In this document: positions 1-10,538 of the stretch, one piece after another | Layout: each line of letters begins with the position of its first letter | How positions within the stretch are numbered: the stretch's first letter is position 1 | NCBI GenBank assembly: GCA_963749915.1 | Contig: CAVVOP010000008.1 | Span: forward strand, 448,001 to 512,000 | Source: an uncultured cyanobacterium | Lineage (GTDB): Bacteria; Cyanobacteriota; Cyanobacteriia; Cyanobacteriales; Cyanobacteriaceae | Reading direction: 5' to 3' | Length of the DNA: 64,000 nucleotides | Position numbers and translations under genes: made by a program | The notes under the pieces: model-generated | Databases searched by the model: none | What the model was told of the DNA's origin: nothing | The model's input: the letters and a program-made list of their open reading frames with translations, nothing else

Positions 1-72
1 CTTTTATGGAGTCCCGTTGGTACTTATGTTACTTGGGCAATGATCCCCTTAAATCGAGATTCTATTAGTTAG
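1..72 (+). CDS. TspO/MBR family protein, C-terminal end (truncated by window)
   Basis: Frame +1 reads LLWSPVGTYVTWAMIPLNRDSIS*, like the PYLLWSPxGTYVTW C-terminus of cyanobacterial TspO proteins; not in ORF track. Confidence 0.7.
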   Translation, partial: LLWSPVGTYVTWAMIPLNRDSIS

Positions 73-109
73 TAAAACGAGCCTATAAATTATGGGAAAT
101 GTCCAATTA

Positions 110-544
110 TTATAAGTATTTTTGCACGATACCCCAACCGCTTAGACCGACAAATAGTAAGGAGAAAAATAAGCCCATATTCACACTAACATGAAGTTTT
201 CTTGCCCAAAGTCTGGTAGGATGTATTTGTGTTGAACTCCAAGCAGATAATAACACTAGACTAACAACGATTAATCCTGCAGGTAAATGCCATGAATGCC
301 CTAAACTGCCATAATACCCTAGTGTCCCGATTAAGCCGATGGATAGCAATAATAGGACGAGGATAACCATTATGGCACCTATTACCCGATGAAATGGGCG
401 TAACCATTGGGGGCGCGGTTTTTTTTCCTGGCGATATTTAAACATTAATATTCCCGATACACCCAGTGTAAGATAAAGGGCGATGGTAAATCCCATTGAC
501 CATGCGGCGATTTTCCATAACCAGAGAAAAGAAGGTAAATTCAT
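110..544 (-). CDS. DUF4079-like membrane protein (cytochrome b561-like, 4 TM with conserved His)
   Basis: LWLWKIAAWSMG, RPFH, GHSWH and RKLH motifs; four hydrophobic helices. Confidence 0.75.
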   Translation of the reverse strand: MNLPSFLWLWKIAAWSMGFTIALYLTLGVSGILMFKYRQEKKPRPQWLRPFHRVIGAIMVILVLLLLSIGLIGTLGYYGSLGHSWHLPAGLIVVSLVLLSAWSSTQIHPTRLWARKLHVSVNMGLFFSLLFVGLSGWGIVQKYL

Positions 545-653
545 TTAAGTTAGTTGACTGTTGACCGTTGATAGTTGATGGTTAATTTTAAAATATTGGT
601 GATGACTATGGGAAAAAAACTGAGGTCAAAAAATGAGATAATAACTCTAACAA

Positions 654-2603
654 TTAATTAACGCAACCGACAGAATTTATACAGATTTTTTCGTATTTTC
701 CCAGGGCGATTAAGGGGAAATAATGACAGTATAGGTGATTTTTAAGATAAAAATGTCCGGGAAATCCTGTGCCAGTGAATTGTTTTTCTTCCCATGTGCC
801 GTTATTATTTTGGTTAGTTAATAGATAGTTTATTCCTTTTTTTATAGTATCTTCTGGGAATTTTTCCATGGCATTTCCCCCGTCTAATAAACCAATTAAC
901 GCCCATGCAGTCTGAGAGGCGGTAGAATCCCCTTTCCCCTTTAATGCGGGATTTTTATAACTCTCGCAGGTTTCTCCCCAACCACCATCAGCATTTTGAC
1001 AACTTATTAACCAATTTATGCCTTTTTCGATCTCATTTTGGTGAGTTTTAGGTGCAATCACCGCCAAAGCCGATAAAACCCCTGAGGTACCGTATATATA
1101 GTTTACCCCCCAACGTCCAAACCAGCTACCATCGGCTTCCTGTTGTTTGATTAAATAGGCGATCGCATCCTGGAATCTAGTGGCTTTCATGGGCAAATCA
1201 CAACTACCCACCATTTCCAATACTCTAGCGGTAACATCCGCCGTCGCTGGATCCGTCATGGCTTTTAAGTCACCATAGGGGAGATAATTTAACCAATTAG
1301 CATCATTATCAATATCAAACGCTGCCCAACCATGATTATGACACTGCATTGTCTCAATCCACCGAAGACATCGGAAAATTGCTTCCCGTTTTAAATTTTC
1401 ACGGGGTAATTCTAACTGGTTTAGGGTCATAATTACTACGGAAGAATAATCTATATCAGGATAAAAACGATTTTCATATTCAAAGGACCAACCGCCAGGT
1501 TTTCCTTGAGGATTTTTTATGACCCAATCCCCGTAAGTAAAAATTTGTTTATCCAATAACCACTCACCACCTTTAACTAAATTAGGGTGATTTGGGGCAA
1601 CACCAGATTCTACTAAAGCACGTAAACACCAGGTCGTATCCCATACAGGAGAAATACAGGGTTGTACTAAATAATCATCATGGGTTTCGATGGCAAAATT
1701 TTCTATGGCCTCTAATCCTCGTACTACCATAGGATCATTAACATGATATTCAAGAATTTTAAAAGCTAAGAGGGAGTTGACGATGGGAGGAAGAATACCT
1801 CCCCAATCTCCCTTTATTTCTTCCCTTTCAATAATCCATTTTTCGGCGGCTTGAATACTTTGCTCTTTGAAGGGTACGATATTCCAATCTTCCGCCAGTT
1901 TAAATAAATTATCTAACTCAGCGAATATATCTGTCCAATCACCACTGCGGGGTACTTCATATTTTATGTTACCAATACCTTCGCTGTATAACTCGTCTAA
2001 TTTTATTCTCGGTTCAACGGCGAAAACGGGCTTTCGATCGAAGACAATTAATAACGGTACGGTGCTACTTCTTGCCCAACTCGACATTTCATAGATAGTA
2101 AACAAGGGATTTTGGGGTAGTAGCATTATCCAAGGAGGAAGAGAAGGCACACCACGCCAATCATAGCAACCGATTAAGGCAAGGTGAAATTTAGTAAATA
2201 TGCGACTTTGACTAATCCCTCCCTTACTCAAAATAAATTTTTTCGCCCTAATCATGGTACTATCATCGGCACTAACCCCTAGTAATCTTAGTGCCATATA
2301 CGCTTCTATGGATGTACTTAAGTCTCCTCCATCCCCATAATAGATCTCCCATCCGCCATGACTACGTTGTTGCGATCGCAAATAATGTTCTATCTTATAT
2401 AAGGGTTTTTGATTATCGATACCCAAAATTTTATAGAGTAAGAGAGCTTCAGCGGTAAGAGTAACATTGGACTCCAAATAGGCACACCAATGACCATCAT
2501 TTTTTTGTAAGGAGAAAAGGTACTCTTGGGCTTTTTTGATGGTGCTGTTGATTTTCTCCCTTTCAGTCACCTTAACCTTACTATTATTAATTTGGGCAGT
2601 CAT
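654..2603 (-). CDS. shc: Squalene-hopene cyclase family triterpene cyclase (non-canonical active site)
   Basis: QW repeats (QKNDGHW, QRSHGGW, QEADGSW, QNADGGW), SPVWDT, GRWGVNYIYGT, GTGFPG; the DxDD motif reads DIDY. Confidence 0.93.
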   Translation of the reverse strand: MTAQINNSKVKVTEREKINSTIKKAQEYLFSLQKNDGHWCAYLESNVTLTAEALLLYKILGIDNQKPLYKIEHYLRSQQRSHGGWEIYYGDGGDLSTSIEAYMALRLLGVSADDSTMIRAKKFILSKGGISQSRIFTKFHLALIGCYDWRGVPSLPPWIMLLPQNPLFTIYEMSSWARSSTVPLLIVFDRKPVFAVEPRIKLDELYSEGIGNIKYEVPRSGDWTDIFAELDNLFKLAEDWNIVPFKEQSIQAAEKWIIEREEIKGDWGGILPPIVNSLLAFKILEYHVNDPMVVRGLEAIENFAIETHDDYLVQPCISPVWDTTWCLRALVESGVAPNHPNLVKGGEWLLDKQIFTYGDWVIKNPQGKPGGWSFEYENRFYPDIDYSSVVIMTLNQLELPRENLKREAIFRCLRWIETMQCHNHGWAAFDIDNDANWLNYLPYGDLKAMTDPATADVTARVLEMVGSCDLPMKATRFQDAIAYLIKQQEADGSWFGRWGVNYIYGTSGVLSALAVIAPKTHQNEIEKGINWLISCQNADGGWGETCESYKNPALKGKGDSTASQTAWALIGLLDGGNAMEKFPEDTIKKGINYLLTNQNNNGTWEEKQFTGTGFPGHFYLKNHLYCHYFPLIALGKYEKICINSVGCVN

Positions 2604-2702
2604 GAATATCTATCAGTTTAAGATTTATTTTACTATATTTTCACCATAACACAACGACCATCATATTATCTAGGTTAGGCTTAAAAGTCTTATGGTGAAG
2701 GA

Positions 2703-2737
2703 AATTTAGAATTTAGAATTTAGAATTTAGAATTTAG
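2703..2737. repeat. STRR-type heptamer tandem repeat (AATTTAG)x5
   Basis: Five perfect copies seen directly. Confidence 0.95.
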
Positions 2738-2813
2738 AAAAAATAATTACTTGGTGTGCGTTATATTTATGAAAAGATTTATCTAGAGATTCTAGGTTGT
2801 AAGGAGTAAAGTA

Positions 2814-4460
2814 ATGAAAATCTGGAGGCAAGTTCGTAAATGTGAACCAATGAGTCCATTAATTTTGGTTTCTACCCTGTTAATGGGAGGGGGGGCGATG
2901 GCTGATGAATCGCCAGGGCCAACTGATACCAATCTCTTAGAGCAAATCGAGGAATACAACCAACAAAAGTCTTCTCTTGAGCAAATTACTAACGTCTCTG
3001 AATTAAAAGACGTGGTTCCCACCGACTGGGCTTATGAAGCATTGCGGAATCTAGTAGAACGCTACAGCTGTATTGTCGGCTATCCCGATAGCACGTTCCG
3101 AGGCAATCGAGCCTTGAGCCGTTGGGAGTTTGCCACCGGACTGAACGCCTGCCTCAATACCCTAGAGCGTTTACTCCAGGAAAATATCAGCGTCCTCAAA
3201 GAGGATATTGAAAAACTGAAGCGGCTGACGGAGGAATTCCGACAAGAGCTAACAGTTCTGGGAACCCGGATCGATAATTTAGAATCCCGAGTAGCCTTCT
3301 TGGAAGACCATCAGTTTTCCCCCACCACCAAGTTAACTGGTGAAGTGGTTTTTGCGGTAGCTGCCGCATCCGATAATCAGGCGGTCTTCCAAAACCGAGT
3401 ACGTCTGTATCTGGAAACCAGCTTTACCGGTAAGGACCTACTATCCACTGGGTTGGCAGCAGGTGCTTCTCCTCGTTTCCAGTTTTCCGCTAATCCAGAA
3501 GCCATTCCTGGCGGTGAAACCTCCGTCGGCGTTCTCACCTTTCAGGACTATGCGGACAATGATGTCATTCTCGATTATCTATCGTACTTCTTTCCCCTTG
3601 GGGAGGGGGCTGACTTCTTTGTGACAGCTTATGCTGGAGCGACTTCAGATTATTTGCCCACGGCTGGCAACGATCCCATTGATGACTTTGGGGATGGTGG
3701 TTCAGGTGCCCTGTCTTTATTTGGTGCTCATAATGCTCTTTACTACATTGGCGGTGGAACTGGGGCAGGATTTAACTTCAGGTTAAGCGACTTTATCCAA
3801 CTTAGTGCCAGTTACCTAGCAGGTCCTTCTAGTGCAGCTAATCCTGAGGCAGGTTCTGGGTTTTTCAACGGAGATTATGCGGCTCTGGGTCAGATAACCT
3901 TCACGCCTAATGACAATCTGACTTTAGCCCTAACCTACGTTAACAGTTATCATCAAACGGGGACGGCACTCTTTAACTATGGGTTCGCTACCATTGATAG
4001 CCAACTCTTTGGTGTTGTCGGGACGAGCTTGGCGAATTTTCCCGGCGGAACTGGTGCCAGAGTTTCTGGTAATTCCTTTGGTATCGAGGCTTCTTATCGC
4101 CTCAGCCCTAAATTCACTGTCAGTGCCTGGGGAGGATACACCAATGCTAATATTACCAATTTCAAGCTTGATAATGGCGAAATTTGGACTTATGCCCTGA
4201 CTTTAGCGTTTCCCGACTTGTTTAAACAAGGTAGTCTAGGGGGCGTGATTGTAGGTGTTGAGCCTTATTTAGGCAATCCTCAGCAACTAGGTTTCGTGGG
4301 CGCGGCTAACAAAATTCCTCTGCACCTAGAAGTCTTTTATCGCTATCGAATCAATGATTATATCTCGATCACACCTGGGTTAATTTACCTGAACTCTCCC
4401 GATCAGCAAGTTGGTGACGATGCTTTTTTGGGAGTGGTGAGAACCACTTTTAAATTCTAA
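2814..4460 (+). CDS. SLH-domain/OprB-type outer-membrane porin (cyanobacterial 'iron uptake porin' family)
   Basis: Signal peptide; VSELKDVVPTDWAYEALRNLVERY SLH motif; coiled coil; QFSPTTKLTGEV; C-terminal GVVRTTFKF. Confidence 0.92.
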   Translation: MKIWRQVRKCEPMSPLILVSTLLMGGGAMADESPGPTDTNLLEQIEEYNQQKSSLEQITNVSELKDVVPTDWAYEALRNLVERYSCIVGYPDSTFRGNRALSRWEFATGLNACLNTLERLLQENISVLKEDIEKLKRLTEEFRQELTVLGTRIDNLESRVAFLEDHQFSPTTKLTGEVVFAVAAASDNQAVFQNRVRLYLETSFTGKDLLSTGLAAGASPRFQFSANPEAIPGGETSVGVLTFQDYADNDVILDYLSYFFPLGEGADFFVTAYAGATSDYLPTAGNDPIDDFGDGGSGALSLFGAHNALYYIGGGTGAGFNFRLSDFIQLSASYLAGPSSAANPEAGSGFFNGDYAALGQITFTPNDNLTLALTYVNSYHQTGTALFNYGFATIDSQLFGVVGTSLANFPGGTGARVSGNSFGIEASYRLSPKFTVSAWGGYTNANITNFKLDNGEIWTYALTLAFPDLFKQGSLGGVIVGVEPYLGNPQQLGFVGAANKIPLHLEVFYRYRINDYISITPGLIYLNSPDQQVGDDAFLGVVRTTFKF

Positions 4461-4535
4461 TCCGATAAATTTAAATTGCTGTCCTAGAATATTTAGAATC
4501 TAATTTAATTGAATGACAAAAGGAGTGTTTTGTAT

Positions 4536-5024
4536 ATGTCGGTTAAAGTTGTCCCAGCTCCCAATGGTAACAATGGTAAAGGAAAATGTTTAGTCTCGCT
4601 TAATTTTATCAAAGCAGGAAAGGCATTTCATAAGATTTCAGGATATGAAATTATCGATTCTCCAACTCGTACAAGTATCCAGATAAATAAGCATGAACAC
4701 ATCGAAGAATTTTCACGCATCGCCTATCTGAATCATAGTTGCGATCCAAATGTACTTATGGATTTCAGTCAGATGGAGTTACGTGCAGTACGGGATATTA
4801 GGCCAGGTGAAGAACTGACTTTTTTCTATCCCAGTACCGAATGGTATATGTGCACATCCTTCCAATGCCTATGCGGTTCTTCCCAGTGTTTAAAAAAGAT
4901 TACAGGTGCGCGGTATTTACCTCTAAATGTGTTAGGTCGTTATTTTATTAACCAACATATCCGGAGCGAATTGCAAACATATTGCACTACTTCTTTTAGT
5001 GATGATTTGTGCAGGTTATCTTAA
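4536..5024 (+). CDS. Small SET-domain protein (putative lysine methyltransferase) with post-SET Cys cluster
   Basis: YLNHSCDPN, RDIRPGEELTFFY, CxCGSxxC; ATG at 4536 follows AGGAG. Confidence 0.88.
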   Translation: MSVKVVPAPNGNNGKGKCLVSLNFIKAGKAFHKISGYEIIDSPTRTSIQINKHEHIEEFSRIAYLNHSCDPNVLMDFSQMELRAVRDIRPGEELTFFYPSTEWYMCTSFQCLCGSSQCLKKITGARYLPLNVLGRYFINQHIRSELQTYCTTSFSDDLCRLS

Positions 5025-5046
5025 ATACCAAAAATGATGGTTAAAA

Positions 5047-7788
5047 ATGATGGTCTTAAAACATAAAAATGAAAATTATCTACAAAAAGTTCCATTAAGC
5101 CTGGTACTCATCGTACCGTTCGTGCTGCAAATTTTCTCAGCAGTCGGGCTAGTTGGGTATTTGTCCTTCAAAAATGGTCAGAAGGCGGTCAATAGCCTCG
5201 CTATAAATCTTAGCAATGAAATTGGCGGACGGGTCGATCAGCATCTCACTTCCTATTTGGCACTCCCACCTCAACTAGCCAGTAATGCGTTATATCTCTT
5301 AGAATCTGGAATGCTGGAACTCAGGGATTTTAAAAGTGCGGAGCAATACCTCTGGAAACGAGCTCAGAACTATCCAAATATTGCCTTCATTGGATATTAC
5401 TTACAAAATGGCGAAGGTCTCGCGGCTCAGCGATGGCCTCCTGGGCAGGGAGTCAACATTGTTAAACACTCACTAGCAGATGGCAAAGACTACAACTATG
5501 CTACTGACGCACAAGGTCGGCCCACAAAATTATTAGACGCCACGGAATATTATGCACCAACAGACCAGTGGTATGTCGATGCGGTTAAAGCTGGCAAGCC
5601 CATTTGGAGCCGCATCTATACTGCAGAAGGGTTCCCTGGCTATGTGGCCGCCTCAGCAGCCTATCCCATTTATAGTCCTTATCGCAAACTTCTCGGGGTT
5701 TTTGCTGTAGATTTACTTCTGACTGACATTAGTCGTTTCCTGCGCACGTTAAAGATCAGCCCCAATGGCAGAATCTTTATCATGGAACGAGATGGGCTGC
5801 TGATTGGTAATTCCGGTTCTCGGGAGACTTATCGGGTCATTAAGGATCAGACCCAAAGGATCAGTGCTCTTCATAGCCCTGATTCTACGATCCAATCTAC
5901 AGCTCAATACTTGAAAGAGCAATTCGGCAATTTTAAAGGGATTCAACAATCACAGCACTTGGAGTTTACCAAAGAGAATCAAAAATTCTTTGTTCAGGTC
6001 TTACCTTGGAAGGATGACTATGGGTTGGATTGGCTAGTTGTAGTGACAATTCCTCAATCCGATTTTATGACAACCATCAATGCCAACACCCGGACAACCG
6101 TTGTTTTATGTATTCTTGCTCTGGCGATCGCCACTATTTTGGGAATTTATACCTCTCGCTGGATTTCTCGTCCAATCTCCCAGTTGAGTCTTGCTAGCCA
6201 AGCCATTGCCCAGGGAGATTTTGGCCAAAGTGCCCTAGTCAGTAGGACTCGGGAGTTGAGTCTGCTTTCTCAATCATTCAAACTCATGGCAGAGCAACTC
6301 AAAAGTTCTTTTGAGCTGTTAGAAACTCGCGTGGCAGAGCGCACTGCTCAATTGGCAGAAGCTAAACAGATTGCTGAGGAGGCAAAAGAATCAGCGGAAT
6401 CAGCCAACCGTGCTAAAAGCGAATTTCTCGCTAGTATGAGTCACGAACTTCGGACCCCCCTAAACTCCATCCTCGGTTTTAGCCAACTGCTCAACCGCGA
6501 AAAATCTCTCACCAAGACCCAACAAGAGAATCTCGGTATTATCAATCGTAGTGGCGAACACTTATTATCTTTAATTAATGACGTACTGGATTTAGCAAAA
6601 ATCGAGTCGGGAAAAATGATTCTCGACCCTAAAGACTTCGATTTATTCAATCTATTAGACCTAGTCCAAGAAATGTTGTCATTCAGAGCAGAATCTAAGG
6701 GTTTAGAGCTTATTGTTGAACGGGCCAACAATCTGCCCCGATATATCCACAGCGATGACAAAAAACTCCGTCAAGTTTTGATTAATTTATTGGGCAATGC
6801 CATCAAGTTTACTCAGGAAGGTAGTATCACTTTACGAGTAGGATTGGCAGATAAACCAACCAATATTCAATTTGAGGTAGAAGACACCGGTGCAGGGATT
6901 GCCCCCGAAGAAATAGAGAGTATATTTGATGCTTTTATTCAAACGGAAACAGGCAAACAATCTCAGCAGGGAACGGGTTTAGGCTTGCCAATCACTAAAA
7001 AGTTTATCGAACTGATGGGCGGCAAAATCACAGTTAGTTCTCAAGTTGGGAAAGGAACTATCTTTCGCTTTAATATCAAAGCAAAATTAGGCGAAGCAAG
7101 TAAAATTCAAGGAAAGAAACCAACTCAAAGAGTCGTTGGATTAGAACCAAATCAACCAGAATATCGGATTTTGGTAGTGGACGATGGCACTGGAAATCGT
7201 CAACTATTATTACAATTGCTACAGCCCATTGGTTTTAATGTCCAAGAAGCCAGGAATGGACAAGAAGCAGTAGAAATTTGGCAACAATGGCAGCCCCATC
7301 TGATCTGGATGGATATGAGAATGCCGGTGATGAACGGTTATGAAGCCACACAACAAATTAAATCTCATCTTCAAGGACAAGCTACGGTAATTATAGCTTT
7401 AACTGCTAGCACCTTGGAAGAAGAAAAAGCACTTGTCCTCGCAGCTGGTTGCGATGATTTTGTCCGCAAACCCTTTGCCGAAGAAATTATTTTCGAGAAG
7501 ATGGCACAATATTTGGCACTGCGTTATCTTTACGAAGAAATTCACTCAGATGATGGCCCCGAAGATGAAAATATTCGATTGACAGTCGCAGCTTTAAGGG
7601 TTATGCCCGAGGCATGGTTAAGGGATCTTGCCGAAGCTGCTGCTCTAATTAATAATCAACTAATTGCTCAGTTGTTATCTCAAATACCGCAAGAACATCG
7701 AGCTTTAGCCAAAGCCATCGAGAAAGAAGTCGATAATTTCGATTTCGATCGTCTTATGAACCTCGCCCAAGAAAGTGTCAAACCCTAG
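5047..7788 (+). CDS. Hybrid sensor histidine kinase (TM-Cache-TM-HAMP-HisKA-HATPase-REC)
   Basis: KSEFLASMSHELRTPLN H-box, NLLGNAIKFT N-box, DTGAGI and GTGLGL G-boxes, receiver WMDMRMP. Confidence 0.93.
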   Translation: MMVLKHKNENYLQKVPLSLVLIVPFVLQIFSAVGLVGYLSFKNGQKAVNSLAINLSNEIGGRVDQHLTSYLALPPQLASNALYLLESGMLELRDFKSAEQYLWKRAQNYPNIAFIGYYLQNGEGLAAQRWPPGQGVNIVKHSLADGKDYNYATDAQGRPTKLLDATEYYAPTDQWYVDAVKAGKPIWSRIYTAEGFPGYVAASAAYPIYSPYRKLLGVFAVDLLLTDISRFLRTLKISPNGRIFIMERDGLLIGNSGSRETYRVIKDQTQRISALHSPDSTIQSTAQYLKEQFGNFKGIQQSQHLEFTKENQKFFVQVLPWKDDYGLDWLVVVTIPQSDFMTTINANTRTTVVLCILALAIATILGIYTSRWISRPISQLSLASQAIAQGDFGQSALVSRTRELSLLSQSFKLMAEQLKSSFELLETRVAERTAQLAEAKQIAEEAKESAESANRAKSEFLASMSHELRTPLNSILGFSQLLNREKSLTKTQQENLGIINRSGEHLLSLINDVLDLAKIESGKMILDPKDFDLFNLLDLVQEMLSFRAESKGLELIVERANNLPRYIHSDDKKLRQVLINLLGNAIKFTQEGSITLRVGLADKPTNIQFEVEDTGAGIAPEEIESIFDAFIQTETGKQSQQGTGLGLPITKKFIELMGGKITVSSQVGKGTIFRFNIKAKLGEASKIQGKKPTQRVVGLEPNQPEYRILVVDDGTGNRQLLLQLLQPIGFNVQEARNGQEAVEIWQQWQPHLIWMDMRMPVMNGYEATQQIKSHLQGQATVIIALTASTLEEEKALVLAAGCDDFVRKPFAEEIIFEKMAQYLALRYLYEEIHSDDGPEDENIRLTVAALRVMPEAWLRDLAEAAALINNQLIAQLLSQIPQEHRALAKAIEKEVDNFDFDRLMNLAQESVKP

Positions 7789-7956
7789 GATTCTGTTCCT
7801 TTCATTAAAAATGCTACAATATCTGACATGGGCTTTTGTGGAAACTGATACTTGATTTTTAATCTAGTTTCGGATACTGTTGGCGAATTCGAAATGCCCC
7901 TATCAAGTGATCACTAAGACTAACAAAAAGGAATTCAAAAATTTATAGAATAAATA

Positions 7957-8125
7957 GGGCTTGCTGATAAAAACCGAAACCTCTATCAAACAAAAGATTT
8001 AATTATTATAATAGCCAATAAAGTGCAATCTCAACATCAGCTATAATGACTGAAACTATTACAAAATGGTACATAGTGCCTCGATTCAAGAGAGAAAAGG
8101 ATTTAAGTTTCTCTCATTCAAGATT
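7957..8125 (+). mobile_element. Probable IS5-like left-end remnant without transposase
   Basis: Starts GGGCTTGCTGA and continues with sequence resembling cyanobacterial IS leaders; recognised from memory only; lies at the edge of the porin-SET-HK insert. Confidence 0.35.
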
Positions 8126-8336
8126 CGCCATCTCTTTCCGAACTTGAAACTAATTAATGATAAAAGTAATGATAAAAGACTGTAATCAAAAATTGAAATT
8201 TTTTGTTTCTGCATTATGGTAATATCAATTTGTCAATAATATCGCAACAAAACTTTATAACCGCCGTAATCCTTGTGAATTAAAGATTTTAAAACTTTAA
8301 TTTCTTTCCTGGAAATCACTTTAAACTAAATTCATA

Positions 8337-9431
8337 CTACACGTTCATTAAATCTGACACCAATGAGGCTGTAGCTGGTGCTAATAATATCCCGTTACGG
8401 TAGTGTCCTGTGGCTAGGATAATATTCTCATAGTCTTCTAATTTCTCGACAATGGGGGCAGATTTTCCTTCTGGGCGGGGTCGTTTCCCTGTCCATGATA
8501 ACATTATGGGAGCATCCGCTAAACTGGGGCAAAATTTGATGGCTTGTTGTTGTAAATTTTGTAATAAATCCTTGTCAGGCAAAAGTTCATCTCCATCATG
8601 GGGAAATTCTACCGTTGCGCCTAACCAAAATTCATCATTACCCATAGGTGCAATACGAAAATCATTGGCTATAATTACTGGGTCAAAATTGTCTTTATTG
8701 TGCCAATTAGTATGTTTGAGTAATAATGCTTGGCCTAAAACTGGTTTTATCGCTATTTGTGAACCTAAAGGCCGTATTAGGGATGAGGTACCCAATCCTG
8801 TGGCTAAAATTACCCAATCGGCAGGTAATGATTGATTTTCCTCTATCTCTATTTGTTGACAACGCCGAGTCTTGCCGTCAACTATCTTCAAGTTTTGCAC
8901 TTTTTTTCCGAAGATACATTTAACTCCTTTTAATGAGGCGGCTTTTACTAAGGCTTTAGTCAAAAAAGTGGGGTTAATTTGGCGATCGCCGGGGGAATAA
9001 ACCCCACCTAATAAAGAGGATACTTCAACTTCGGGGCAGTAATGTTTTAAAAGAGACTTATCCCAAATCTGAAGATCATAACCTTGTTGAGCTCGAATTT
9101 CTGCTAACTTTTCCCATTTACTCAAATCATCACCAGGCAGAAGTAATTTAACAATCCCATCAGTGTTACGAGGAATCTGTAAACCTGTCAAGGTTTCTAA
9201 CTCTGGGATTAAAGTATTATATCTTTCTAAACTAGATTCTCGTAATTTCCATGCCCTACCTTTTGTCTTATGACTAATTACTGCCATTAAAAATCCTAAT
9301 GCCGAACCAGTTGAACCTGTGCCGGGATTTTTTTCGTCAATTAGAGTAATATCTAAATTAGAGTTATCACTCAATTCATAGGCAATGGTACTGCCGACAA
9401 TGCCGCTACCGATAATTACAACTTTGCTCAT
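8337..9431 (-). CDS. FAD-dependent oxidoreductase (DAO/glycine oxidase family)
   Basis: VVIIGSGIVG Rossmann motif; WTGKRPRP; ATGHYRNGILLAPATA. Confidence 0.88.
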   Translation of the reverse strand: MSKVVIIGSGIVGSTIAYELSDNSNLDITLIDEKNPGTGSTGSALGFLMAVISHKTKGRAWKLRESSLERYNTLIPELETLTGLQIPRNTDGIVKLLLPGDDLSKWEKLAEIRAQQGYDLQIWDKSLLKHYCPEVEVSSLLGGVYSPGDRQINPTFLTKALVKAASLKGVKCIFGKKVQNLKIVDGKTRRCQQIEIEENQSLPADWVILATGLGTSSLIRPLGSQIAIKPVLGQALLLKHTNWHNKDNFDPVIIANDFRIAPMGNDEFWLGATVEFPHDGDELLPDKDLLQNLQQQAIKFCPSLADAPIMLSWTGKRPRPEGKSAPIVEKLEDYENIILATGHYRNGILLAPATASLVSDLMNV

Positions 9432-9499
9432 TTTTTTTGATAATTGATAATGGACAATGGATTAAAAGACAAATTAGGTTAGTTGCTATTTAATAAATG

Positions 9500-10492
9500 T
9501 TACCTAATTTGATTCAAAAGTTCTTGTAATGTACCAGTATCTAGTCTTGCACCAAAATTAGTAACTAATTCCGCCGAGGCTAAAGAGGCTAATTTCCCTG
9601 CAGAAGTCCAATTTAAACCATTGGTGATACCGTACAATAAACACCCGGCATACATATCCCCTGCACCCACAGTATCTACTGCCGTAACGGGAAAAGCAGG
9701 AATTTCCAGCAAGTTTTCACCATCAAAAATAAGGGATCCCTTTTTGCCACGGGTAACCACGAAAGTATGTGCTATATTTTTAAAATAATCGATGGCTGTA
9801 TCTAAATCACCAGTATTGGCTATTTTTAAAGCTTCAGTTTCGTTAGCAAATAATAAATCAACACCGTCGCCGATAATCTCAAAAATACCATCTCGGAAAA
9901 ATTCTACCATGTTAGGATCCGATAAAGATAAAGAAGTTTTAACTCCAGCTTTTGCGGCGATATTTTTAGCTAGGATGGCGGTTTGTTTTGCTGTGGGAGA
10001 AGAGACTAAATAACCTTCGATATATAGATAATCAGAATCCTTTAAGGCTGTCTCGTTTAATTCTTTGGTGGTTAAATTTCCCGTAATACCTAAAAAAGTA
10101 TTCATAGTGCGATCGGCATCGGGAGTAACTAAAACTAAACACCTGCCTGTAATACCAGTGGGGCGATTTTCGACAGTTAAGTTGGTATGTAATCCGCAAT
10201 TAAGTAAATCTTCAAGATAAAATGCACCTGCATCATCATCGGCTACTTTACAAGAATAAAAACCTTTCCCCCCTAGTTGACCTATCGCTACTAATGTATT
10301 AGCGGCAGAACCTCCAGAACATTTTTTGCAAGGGTTCGGTAAATGTTTGACAACTTCCGTTTGTTGGGTTTCATCCATTAAAGTCATTACCCCTTTGTCA
10401 ATGGCTAATTGAGTGAGTAATTCGGGGGTTACTTTAAATTCCATATCGACTAGGGCGTTACCTATGCCATAAACGTGATATTTTTTGTTCAT
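9500..10492 (-). CDS. PfkB-family carbohydrate kinase (adenosine kinase-like)
   Basis: [30 protein letters not shown]. Confidence 0.9.
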   Translation of the reverse strand: MNKKYHVYGIGNALVDMEFKVTPELLTQLAIDKGVMTLMDETQQTEVVKHLPNPCKKCSGGSAANTLVAIGQLGGKGFYSCKVADDDAGAFYLEDLLNCGLHTNLTVENRPTGITGRCLVLVTPDADRTMNTFLGITGNLTTKELNETALKDSDYLYIEGYLVSSPTAKQTAILAKNIAAKAGVKTSLSLSDPNMVEFFRDGIFEIIGDGVDLLFANETEALKIANTGDLDTAIDYFKNIAHTFVVTRGKKGSLIFDGENLLEIPAFPVTAVDTVGAGDMYAGCLLYGITNGLNWTSAGKLASLASAELVTNFGARLDTGTLQELLNQIR

Positions 10493-10538
10493 CTTTTGAT
10501 TTTATTAATATTGAATGGTTATTCCGATTCTAAATTAT

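Noticed and set aside
654..2603. Calling the cyclase an oxidosqualene cyclase
   Set aside because: It lacks the DCTAE motif, and the rest of the sequence is typical cyanobacterial SHC.
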